Source: Kofleriaceae bacterium
Lineage (GTDB): Bacteria; Myxococcota_A; Polyangia; Haliangiales; Haliangiaceae
Assembly (NCBI GenBank): GCA_046597055.1
Contig: JBKJLC010000021.1
Coordinates: 1-13,848, forward strand
Direction of reading: 5' to 3'
Length of the DNA: 13,848 nt
A program made the position numbers and the translations under genes. Under the pieces are notes generated by a model. It was given only the letters and a program-made list of their open reading frames with translations. It searched no databases and was not told the DNA's origin. How positions within the stretch are numbered: position 1 is the first letter of the stretch; every line of letters begins with the position of its first letter. Positions 1-7,475 of this stretch are shown piece by piece.

Positions 1-52
1 CTGCGCCTCGCGCTGCGGTCCGCTCTGGGGGCAGAGAGCCTCAGATCACGCG

Positions 53-150
53 TTGTTTGATGGAACCGTGATCAGCGCAGGGGATGAAAAGGGGAAAGCG
101 GGCGACCATCACTTTCATTGACCAGAATCGGCCACTTTCCCATCAAACAA
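53..150. repeat. 11-bp inverted repeat pair; possible transposon end (IS21-like) or MITE
   Basis: TTGTTTGATGG (53-63) is the reverse complement of CCATCAAACAA (140-150). The minus strand from 149 reads TGTTTGATGG-GAAAGTG-GCCGATTCTGGTCAAT-GAAAGTG, i.e. a TG terminus with an internal motif repeated at 23-bp spacing. Confidence 0.4.
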
Positions 151-510
151 TTCGCTCCTGCTGAACCCGAGGCTGATCCTCTCCCCGCCCTCCCCGCCTC
201 ACCGCAAGTCCGCCCGGCCGCTCAGCTCAGGATCGGATCCGCCTCGGAACCGGCTACTTCGTTGGACCTGTCCGGCACGTCCGGCACCATTCTATCAAGA
301 ATTCCAGAGGTACGCAGAGAGCCAACCCGAGGAAGTGGCACTCTTCGAGTTTTTGTCTAGTACATTTGTTGCGGGTGGCGTGGCCATGCTCTGCGAAGAG
401 ATGCGCAACTACCAGGCGGTAGCGTGACCCGGCTAGTCGCTGTCGAAGGCTGTTGGCCATCAGACTTGGGTGTGGATCTTCTGCGACAGCATGAAGCCGC
501 ATGATTTCGC

Positions 511-523
511 GTAACCGTTCACG
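511..523 (+). repeat. IS66 terminal inverted repeat (downstream end; contains the transposase stop codon)
   Basis: GTAACCGTTCACG; the transposase TGA is at 521-519. Confidence 0.92.
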
Positions 524-1943
524 CGGCGACAGCGGACCGCTGGTCAGTTCGCAGATGCGCGGGTAGCAGCGATGGCGCCGGAGTGCCATGAAGCGCAGCC
601 GCACAGGCGTCCTTCAGGAACCCGTAGAGGTCCCGCTTCTGCGTGCGGAGAGTCTGGCGTGCAGTCAGGAACCGTTCGATGAAGCGGCTGCCCTTGGCGC
701 TGTCGCTGCCGAAGCAGCCCTTGCGCATGAGCACGGCGAAGCGGATGGCCCGCTCGGCGGCATTGTTCGTCGGCTCGACGCGTTCGACGTCGACGAACGT
801 GAAGAACGCCGCCTTCAGCTTGAGCATCTCGCGGCACATGCCGCTGACCTTGGCGATGGACAGTCCTTCGCCTTCTTCGAGCAGGGCGAGGATTCGGCGC
901 CGCACGGGTCGAGTCGCGAGTTTGAGCTCCGTCCGTGTCATGGTTCCGTCGCGCACGCGATGCCACAACCGGAACAGCTTCCGCCGCTCGGCGAGCAGCC
1001 GCTCACCGAGGCGCTTAGCCTCGGCGCCGTAGTCGAGGAAGGACTTGAAGTCGCGCGTCAGGTGACTCCAGCAGAGCTGCCGGCGCTCGGCGGCGACCCA
1101 GTTGTAGGACGCCCAGCGGTCGGTCGTGAGGATGCCGGCGAAGGTGTGGCCGAGCAGCGCCTTGGCCGCCGACGCGTTGCGACGGGTGTGCACGAGGAAC
1201 ACCGTCACCAGCGCCGTCACCGACACCCAGAGCCACGCCTTCTTCTTGTCCTCGCGCCAGCTGGTCTCGTCGGCGTGGGCCCGGTCGTCCCGTTGCGCGT
1301 GGTCGAGCGCCTCCGCGAAGGGCGCGGCGAGCGCGCGGCTCACCAGGTGCTGCGTCTTGGCCACCATGCCCGTGGACATCGGCACATGCAGCACCTCGGT
1401 CATCACGGCGCTGGTCTGGCGCACGCTCTGCTTGAGCTCGCCCCGGATCAGGCCCGTCATCGCCTGCACCGTGGGGCCGTACTGCCCCGTCGGAACCCCG
1501 GCCGGCAGTGCGCCCCGCGTCACCAGCCCGCACTTCGCGCACTGGACGTCGAGGCACTGATGATCGGTGATGACCGGCCGGATCTCCGGCAGCTCGTAGA
1601 CCCAGTGATTGACGACCGACCCTGTCAGCGCGCCCTTGGCGAGATCCTCGCAACAGTGCTCGCACGTCGTTGGCCGGTAGGGCACCACGTGGTCCACGTG
1701 GGCCGGTTCCGCGGCGAACCGCGCCGCGTGCCCGGGCTGCCCGCCGCGTTTGCGCCGCTTGCCACGCCGGACCTGCGGTGGTCGAGTTCCGGGCGGGTCC
1801 GACGAGGGCGGCTTCGACGAGTTCTGGGAGGTCTTCCCCAGCCTCGCCTCCAGCTCGACGATCCTCGCCAGCGCCACCGCCACCTGCTGCTGCAGCGTTG
1901 CGACCAGCGCGACGAGTTCGTCGTATGTGGGCGGCGTCGAGAT
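519..1943 (-). CDS. tnpC: IS66-family DDE transposase (start uncertain: first GTG at 1883, frame open further upstream)
   Basis: N-terminal coiled coil, then NSSKPPSSD and GGQPGH motifs, zinc-finger pairs CEHC/CAKC, HADETSW, LTTDRW, QLCWSHL and PTNNAAERAIR. The frame extends upstream of 1883 through ISTPPTYDELVALVATLQQQ. Confidence 0.93.
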   Translation of the reverse strand: MSTPPTYDELVALVATLQQQVAVALARIVELEARLGKTSQNSSKPPSSDPPGTRPPQVRRGKRRKRGGQPGHAARFAAEPAHVDHVVPYRPTTCEHCCEDLAKGALTGSVVNHWVYELPEIRPVITDHQCLDVQCAKCGLVTRGALPAGVPTGQYGPTVQAMTGLIRGELKQSVRQTSAVMTEVLHVPMSTGMVAKTQHLVSRALAAPFAEALDHAQRDDRAHADETSWREDKKKAWLWVSVTALVTVFLVHTRRNASAAKALLGHTFAGILTTDRWASYNWVAAERRQLCWSHLTRDFKSFLDYGAEAKRLGERLLAERRKLFRLWHRVRDGTMTRTELKLATRPVRRRILALLEEGEGLSIAKVSGMCREMLKLKAAFFTFVDVERVEPTNNAAERAIRFAVLMRKGCFGSDSAKGSRFIERFLTARQTLRTQKRDLYGFLKDACAAALHGTPAPSLLPAHLRTDQRSAVAA

Positions 1944-1983
1944 CCTGGTATTCAGATCCGATCGCTGCGGAAGTCAAGCAGGA

Positions 1984-1996
1984 CGTGAACGGTTAC
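1984..1996 (-). repeat. IS66 terminal inverted repeat (upstream end)
   Basis: CGTGAACGGTTAC is the exact reverse complement of 511-523. Confidence 0.92.
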
Positions 1997-2002
1997 TCCA
2001 AA

Positions 2003-2204
2003 GCTAGCTGACACCCTCTCCGGAACCTTCGCCGGCTGCGCGCGGCGTGCGGGCTCCTTGGACTACGTGTCCCGCGATACAAAAGTCCGTGGTAGCTGAC
2101 ACCTCGGCTGGCTGGACTCCGTGTCCCGCGATACAAAATTCCGTGGTAGCTGCCACCTCGGCTGGACCGGCCCGGACACCTCGGCTGGCTGACACCTCGG
2201 CTGG
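2003..2204. repeat. Intergenic repeat cluster: two copies at 54-bp period plus GCTGACACC(TCGGCTGG) motif copies (REP-like)
   Basis: 2059-2111 and 2113-2165 differ at 3 positions. GGTAGCTGACACC-type motifs start at 2003, 2091, 2145 and 2184. GACACCTCGGCTGG occurs at 2175 and 2191. Confidence 0.85.
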
Positions 2205-2240
2205 CCGGCCCGGCTGGCTGCGAGGCGGCCGGGCAGGTGC

Positions 2241-5147
2241 TCACGACAGCAGGGCGAGCAGGTCGTCGCGGGTCAGCGCGGCCGCCGCGTCGGCGCCGTC
2301 GAGCGCGACGGCAGCGATCCGGCGCTTGTGGTCCTGGAGGGCCAGGACTCGCTCCTCGACGGTGTCGCGGGCCACCATCCGATAGACCATCACCGGCTTG
2401 TCCTGGCCGATGCGGTGCGCCCGATCGGCCGCCTGGTCCTCGACCGCCGGGTTCCACCACGGATCCAGCAGGAAGACGTGATCCGCCGCGGTCAGGTTGA
2501 GTCCGGTGCCGCCGGCCTTCAGCGACACCAGCATGACCGGCGGCCCGCCCGCATCCTGGAAGGCGGCGACCACGCCGGCGCGGTCCTTGGTGGAGCCGTC
2601 GAGCCGCGTGAACGGCAGCCCGGCCGCCTCGAGCGCGGGCTCCACCCGGTCGAGAAACGACGTCCACTGCGAGAAGACGAGCGCCTTGTGACCATCGGCC
2701 GCGGCCGCGGTCAGCGCCTCCATGAGCGCGTCCACCTTGGTCGACGAAGCGGCGCTCTGGCCGGGCAGCATGCCGCGATGACACGCCGCCTGGCGCAGGC
2801 GGAGGAGCGCCTCGAGCGCCGCCATCACGCCGCCGCCCTGCGACAGCATCGCCACGACCTCGGCCTGGGTGGCCGCACGGATCGCGTCGTACGCCGCACG
2901 CTCGACCTCGTCGAGCTCGACCCACAGCACGCCCTCCGTGCGCGGCGGCAGCTCGGGCGCCACGTCGCGCTTGAGTCGGCGCAGGATGAACGGCCGGATC
3001 CGCGTTCGCAGGCGCTCCCCCGCGCCGGTCTGCCCGGCCAGGATGGGCGCCTCCCACCGCTCGGCGAAGTCGACCCGCCCGCCGAGCAGGCCGGGGTTGG
3101 TGAAGTGCAGCTGGCTCCACAGCTCGTCGAGGCGGTTCTCGACCGGCGTACCGGACAGCGACAGTCGCCAGCCGCCACGCAGGCGGTAGGCCGCGCGCGC
3201 GATCTGGCTATCCGGGTTCTTGATCGACTGCGCCTCGTCGAGCACCACTGTCCCCCACTCGATCGCGGCCAGCCGGTCGATGTCGATGCGCAACAGCGGG
3301 TACGTCGTGATGGTCAGGTCGGCCTGCTCGTCGAGCGCCCGGCGCGCGCCGTGATAGAGCGAGACCGACAAGTCCGGGCGAAACCGGCGGGTCTCCGCGA
3401 GCCAGTTGGGCGCGACGCTGGTCGGGCACACGACCAGGGTGCGCCCGCGGATCGCGCACAGCGCCTGGAGCGTCTTGCCGAGGCCCATGTCATCGGCGAG
3501 CACGCAGCCGAGCCCGGTGTCGCGGCAGAACGTGAGCCAGTCGACGCCGCGCTGCTGGTATGTGCGCAGGACCGCCTCGAGCCCCGCTGGCAGCTGCGCC
3601 GGCGGGATGCCATCGAAGTCGTGCACGAGCGGGTGCAGGCGCGACAGGTCGGGCGCGGCGACGCCGAGGTCCTCGGCCAGGCGGACCGCGTCAGGCAGCG
3701 CGTACGGCGGCAACGTTCCGCTCGGGTCCCGCGCCGCGAGCAGGTCGGCCAGAAGGGCGCCATGGCGGTCGAGCCAGGACACCGGCACGTGACCCCAGCC
3801 GCCGCCTTCCAGCGCGACCAGATCGGCGCCAGCCTGCCACGCGCGGACCACCGCCTCGGTCGACGCCACGCGTCCCTGTCCGGCGAACCGGACACTCACG
3901 CCGTGGAGCAGATCGACCTCGGGCTCGAGCGGGATCGCGCGCGCCGCGTCGGCGGTGCGCGCGTCGTCACGCAGCCACTTCGAGACCCGCGCTGACAGGC
4001 CGAACGCGTCCTTGCCAGCCGCCTCGATGCGCCGGCCCGGCAACATGTCGAGCTCGCCGCGCAGGCGCAGCCGGAGCGCATGCTCGGCCGCCGGATCGCG
4101 GGTGGGCACCGCGCCGCCGAGATGCACCAGGCGGTCGCCGTCGACCCGGGCCCGCGGCGGGTCGCCATAGACCAAGGTCGGCAACACGGTCAGCGTGTCG
4201 CCGCGCTGCACGACCTCCAGCTCGATCCGCGGGACGTCGCCGGTCGAAACCGACGGCAGCCGCCCGGTCCGGACCTCGACCGGGATCCGGCGGCCGAGCT
4301 CGGGCAGCACCCGGGTCACCAGCGCGTGCTGGTCGGCCGGGCCGAAGCGCAGCTCGGCCGGCAGCTTCTCGAGCCGCGATCCACCGAGGTCGTCGGCGCC
4401 GATCGGCCGCAGGGTGTCACCCACCCGCGCGACGCCGATCGTGAGGGCGATCGCGCCGGGCGGGGCCTCGAGCCGCAGCACCACGTCCTTGCCGTCGTCG
4501 GTCACGATCGCGATCGGCACCAGCGGCTCGGCCGAGCAGCGCACCACGTCGTCGCCCAGCCAAATGTCGGTCGCCTCGGCCAGGCTGGTCAGGAGCCGGG
4601 CGACTCGTTCGCCGCCGAATGGCGCGTCGGGTCGCGTGCCGGTCAGCAGGTCGATCATGAGGTCGGCCTCGGTGGTCGCCAGCGCCGGGCCCGGCGCACG
4701 CCCGGCCAGGATCGACGCGATCGACGCCCGGATTGGCGCTTCCTTCCCATCGGCGCTCACCGCCAGCCGCATCAGCGCGAGCCCGCCCGGATCGACCCGC
4801 AGGCGGTACCTGATGGTGGCGCCGGCGCGGGCCGAGCTCGGCATGTTGTCGCCCTTGGCCTGCGCCTGCGCGAGCGCCAGGACGCTGGCGACCACGTGCG
4901 AACACGCCGCCTCGCGCCCGCCGCAGTCGCAGTCCCACTCGCCGTCGCCCGGGTACAGCACAACCGTGTACGGAGTCGGCCGGCCCGGGATGCGCACCTC
5001 CAGCACCGCCTCGGTGGCGGACACTGTGCGACCGGACACGCGGTCGTCGCGGCAGAGCGTGACGCCTTGCGACCACACGCGCGTCGACGCGGCCTCCCGG
5101 ATCGCGTCGTGCAACGCCGCGAGATCGGACGCGCTTGGGCCGGACAC
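2241..5147 (-). CDS. SNF2/SWI2-family ATPase with N-terminal SWIM zinc finger, 968 aa
   Basis: SWIM CDC-x6-CSH. Helicase motifs [56 protein letters not shown] and [21 protein letters not shown]. Confidence 0.95.
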   Translation of the reverse strand: MSGPSASDLAALHDAIREAASTRVWSQGVTLCRDDRVSGRTVSATEAVLEVRIPGRPTPYTVVLYPGDGEWDCDCGGREAACSHVVASVLALAQAQAKGDNMPSSARAGATIRYRLRVDPGGLALMRLAVSADGKEAPIRASIASILAGRAPGPALATTEADLMIDLLTGTRPDAPFGGERVARLLTSLAEATDIWLGDDVVRCSAEPLVPIAIVTDDGKDVVLRLEAPPGAIALTIGVARVGDTLRPIGADDLGGSRLEKLPAELRFGPADQHALVTRVLPELGRRIPVEVRTGRLPSVSTGDVPRIELEVVQRGDTLTVLPTLVYGDPPRARVDGDRLVHLGGAVPTRDPAAEHALRLRLRGELDMLPGRRIEAAGKDAFGLSARVSKWLRDDARTADAARAIPLEPEVDLLHGVSVRFAGQGRVASTEAVVRAWQAGADLVALEGGGWGHVPVSWLDRHGALLADLLAARDPSGTLPPYALPDAVRLAEDLGVAAPDLSRLHPLVHDFDGIPPAQLPAGLEAVLRTYQQRGVDWLTFCRDTGLGCVLADDMGLGKTLQALCAIRGRTLVVCPTSVAPNWLAETRRFRPDLSVSLYHGARRALDEQADLTITTYPLLRIDIDRLAAIEWGTVVLDEAQSIKNPDSQIARAAYRLRGGWRLSLSGTPVENRLDELWSQLHFTNPGLLGGRVDFAERWEAPILAGQTGAGERLRTRIRPFILRRLKRDVAPELPPRTEGVLWVELDEVERAAYDAIRAATQAEVVAMLSQGGGVMAALEALLRLRQAACHRGMLPGQSAASSTKVDALMEALTAAAADGHKALVFSQWTSFLDRVEPALEAAGLPFTRLDGSTKDRAGVVAAFQDAGGPPVMLVSLKAGGTGLNLTAADHVFLLDPWWNPAVEDQAADRAHRIGQDKPVMVYRMVARDTVEERVLALQDHKRRIAAVALDGADAAAALTRDDLLALLS

Positions 5148-5178
5148 GTCGCGTCTGTAGCTGTTTGCGAGGCGCGGG

Positions 5179-5204
5179 GCAACCGATCCGCGTCCTGGCG
5201 CGTA
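5179..5204 (+). promoter_or_regulatory. Candidate ECF-type (possibly autoregulatory) promoter
   Basis: GCAACC (5179-5184), 16 nt, then CGTA (5201-5204) upstream of the ECF sigma gene. This fits the generic AAC...CGT ECF pattern, but a motif this short could be chance. Confidence 0.3.
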
Positions 5205-5254
5205 CCTGTCCCGTGCTTGGCTCCCCCTGGCTGGTTGATGCTACGGTGCCCCTC

Positions 5255-5848
5255 ATGATGGGCGGCCAGCGGGGCGGAGACCCTGCGGCAGATGATGACG
5301 ATGTGGAGCTGGTCCGGGGGATCGCGGCGGGCGATCGGCCCTCGCTCGCCCGCCTCTACGATCGGTACGCGTCGCTCATGCTCGCGCTCGGCCTACGGAT
5401 CGTGCGCGACCGCCGCGAGGCCGAGGACCTGCTGCACGACGTGTTCCTCGAAGTCTGGCGAAGCGCCAAGGATTATGATCCGACGCGCGGCCGCGTTCGT
5501 ACTTGGTTGGTGATCCGGATGCGTTCCCGCGCGCTCGACGTGGCCAAGTCGGCCCGGGTGTCCCGCCGTAGTGGCGACCCCGAGGTGATCGACCGGATGG
5601 TCGCCGACACCGACGTCGGCGGCGCGCCCGATCGACAGCGCGTGCGCGCCGCGCTCGGCGAGCTCACCACCGATCAGCGCCAGGTGCTCGAACTCGGATA
5701 CTTCGAGGGCCTGTCCTGCTCCCAGATCGCCGAGCGGATCGGCATCCCGATCGGCACCGTGAAGTCGCGGCTCGCCGCGGGTCTGACCCGGTTGCGCCAC
5801 ACGCTCGGTGCCCGCCCGCCCGCCCGCCGGGAGGCGAAGTCGTCATGA
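5255..5848 (+). CDS. ECF (sigma-70 group 4) RNA polymerase sigma factor
   Basis: Region 2 LYDRY...EAEDLLHDVFLEVWR...TWLVIRMRSRALD and region 4 EGLSCSQIAERIGIPIGTVKSRL. Start placed at ATG 5255 (alternative 5258) rather than the ORF-track 5135. Confidence 0.93.
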   Translation: MMGGQRGGDPAADDDDVELVRGIAAGDRPSLARLYDRYASLMLALGLRIVRDRREAEDLLHDVFLEVWRSAKDYDPTRGRVRTWLVIRMRSRALDVAKSARVSRRSGDPEVIDRMVADTDVGGAPDRQRVRAALGELTTDQRQVLELGYFEGLSCSQIAERIGIPIGTVKSRLAAGLTRLRHTLGARPPARREAKSS

Positions 5849-6474
5849 CCACGCCGCGCGAGCTGCTGCCGGCCTACGTTCTCGGTGCGCTCGAGGGCGA
5901 CGAGCTCGATCTGGTCGAGCGCGCCCTCGCCGAGCAGTCGTCGCTCGCCGACGAGCTGGCCGACCTCGAGGTGACTGCGGCGTCGCTGTCCGAAGCGCTT
6001 ACGCTCGTGACGCCCGATCCGGCGGTGCGGGCCCGGCTGATGATCTCGGTCGAGGGCCCATTCTCGCGGTTCGCGACCCGCTTCGCCGAGCTGTTTGACG
6101 TCTCGCTCGACCGCGCCCGCGATCTGCTGGCAATGGCGAGCACCCCGAGTGCCTGGGAGGTGGGGCCGGGCCCGGGCTCGTGGCTGCTGCACTTCACCGC
6201 CGGCCCGCGCTATGCGACGGCCGATGCCGGGTTTGTCAGGCTGGCGCCGGGCGGCACGTTTCCCTGGCATCACCACCACGGCGCCGAACATAGCCTGGTG
6301 CTCTCCGGCGAGGCTGTGGACTCGATCGCGGGACCGCTGCGGCCTGGCGACGAGCCCTCCGCGCCGGGCGACACGGAGCACGACTTCTCCACCGTCGGCG
6401 ACGACGACTTCGTGTTCGCGGTGCGGGTGTACGGCGTCGAGTTCAACGTGCCGCGCCCACACGAGCGCGGCTGA
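5845..6474 (+). CDS. Anti-sigma factor with C-terminal ChrR-like cupin domain
   Basis: ATGA overlap with the sigma gene. N-terminal ELLPAYVLGAL anti-sigma helix, cupin motif FPWHHHHGAEHSLVLSG...PGDTEHDF, and no transmembrane segment. Confidence 0.85.
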   Translation: MTTPRELLPAYVLGALEGDELDLVERALAEQSSLADELADLEVTAASLSEALTLVTPDPAVRARLMISVEGPFSRFATRFAELFDVSLDRARDLLAMASTPSAWEVGPGPGSWLLHFTAGPRYATADAGFVRLAPGGTFPWHHHHGAEHSLVLSGEAVDSIAGPLRPGDEPSAPGDTEHDFSTVGDDDFVFAVRVYGVEFNVPRPHERG

Positions 6475-6489
6475 CCGGCGATTCGCCGG
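6475..6489. terminator. GC hairpin between convergent genes (possible terminator)
   Basis: CCGGCG-ATT-CGCCGG fills most of the 19-bp gap between two stop codons. There is no U tract. Confidence 0.35.
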
Positions 6490-6493
6490 GCCG

Positions 6494-6790
6494 CTATGAC
6501 AGCGGCGCTGGCCGGATGCTGGCGATGTGCATGCCGGACGGCGTGGTGGTCGTGATCTGCACTCGCTCGCCGGCCGCAAACCTCGGCACCAGCTCCGGCG
6601 GTCCCTGAAAGTGCAGGCCGGACAGGTTCTCGACGTTGAGCTCGGTGCCGTCGGGGTCGGTCGCCTGCTCGATCTCGAGCACGATCTTCGCGATCTGGCG
6701 CGGCGCGACGCCCTGGAACTTGGACATCATCGCGTGCAGCTCGATGCTTTGGATGGTCCCGACCACCCGCATGCCCTCGTCGCTGCTCAT
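6494..6790 (-). CDS. Hypothetical protein, 98 aa, predicted beta-rich
   Basis: Globular-looking composition, GC3-biased codons, fits between its neighbours, and has TAGACT 6 nt before the ATG. Confidence 0.8.
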   Translation of the reverse strand: MSSDEGMRVVGTIQSIELHAMMSKFQGVAPRQIAKIVLEIEQATDPDGTELNVENLSGLHFQGPPELVPRFAAGERVQITTTTPSGMHIASIRPAPLS

Positions 6791-6848
6791 GCGCCCAGTC
6801 TACACGAGTGAACACGCGTCCCGGGCGCTCCGCACGGGAGTGACACGC

Positions 6849-7475
6849 TCACACGAGCGCCGCGCGCGCCAGCGCGGCCACGCCGACACCCCCGATCACG
6901 ATCGCAACGGCGCGCGTGATGCCGCGGCGCGGCGCAATCGCGGTCACCGCGCCGCGCGCCGCCAGGCGGGCCAGCGCCACGAACCACGCGCCGGAGCCGA
7001 CCGCGACGCCGAGGCCGGTGATCGCGGCCTCGACCAGACCGGCCCCCGGCGCGACCGCCGCGGCGACGGCGATCCACGCGCCGAGCGCCGCCGGGTTGGG
7101 CAGGGTCAAGCCGATCCCGGTGGCGAGCCCGCGCCCGAACCCGCCGTCGGACCGTGCAACGGCGGTCGGCGAGGCGGCCCTCGGTGCCCGCAGCAACCAC
7201 ACCGCGTAGGCGATCAGCAGCACGCCGCTGACGACGTAGAGGGTGGTGGCCAGGGTGGGCCGCACCGCGATCGCGCGGCCCACCCCCCCGAAGGCCACTG
7301 CCGCGTGGCTTCCGTCAGCGAGCGCGCCACCCACGCCGATGCCGGCGGCCGCCCGCCAGCCGCGACGGTTCGCAGCCTCGACGATCGCGACGTTCACGAC
7401 CCCGAGCGGCACCCCGGTGACGACCCCGAGGCCGATGCCGATCCCGGCCGCCGCGATCAGTTCGGCGCCAGCCAT
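6849..7475 (-). CDS. LysE/RhtB-family membrane exporter
   Basis: About 6 hydrophobic segments, with PLGVVNVAI, GGALADG and GIGLTLPNP motifs typical of LysE translocators. Confidence 0.85.
   Translation of the reverse strand: MAGAELIAAAGIGIGLGVVTGVPLGVVNVAIVEAANRRGWRAAAGIGVGGALADGSHAAVAFGGVGRAIAVRPTLATTLYVVSGVLLIAYAVWLLRAPRAASPTAVARSDGGFGRGLATGIGLTLPNPAALGAWIAVAAAVAPGAGLVEAAITGLGVAVGSGAWFVALARLAARGAVTAIAPRRGITRAVAIVIGGVGVAALARAALV

Larger units (their letters stand above)
511..1996 (-). mobile_element. IS66-family insertion sequence, single-ORF (ISBst12-like) type, 1486 bp
   Basis: Perfect 13-bp terminal inverted repeats GTAACCGTTCACG (511-523 and 1984-1996) start with the IS66-typical GTAA and enclose one transposase ORF. 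No tnpA/tnpB accessory genes are present. Confidence 0.93.

Noticed and set aside
181..288. Short tandem duplications CTCCCCGCC x2 and GTCCGGCAC x2
   Set aside because: Two-copy 9-mers are too short to interpret.
588..1988. 466-aa plus-strand ORF
   Set aside because: Antisense shadow of the IS66 transposase, with no recognisable motifs.
2004..2195. 63-aa ORF with the repeated ATT(E/D)FCIAGH peptide, resembling a multi-core RiPP precursor
   Set aside because: The peptide repeat follows directly from the 54-bp DNA duplication. There is no convincing start context and no modifying enzyme nearby.
2328..5258. Long plus-strand ORFs (555, 392 and 321 aa)
   Set aside because: Antisense shadows of the SNF2 gene, as expected in high-GC DNA.
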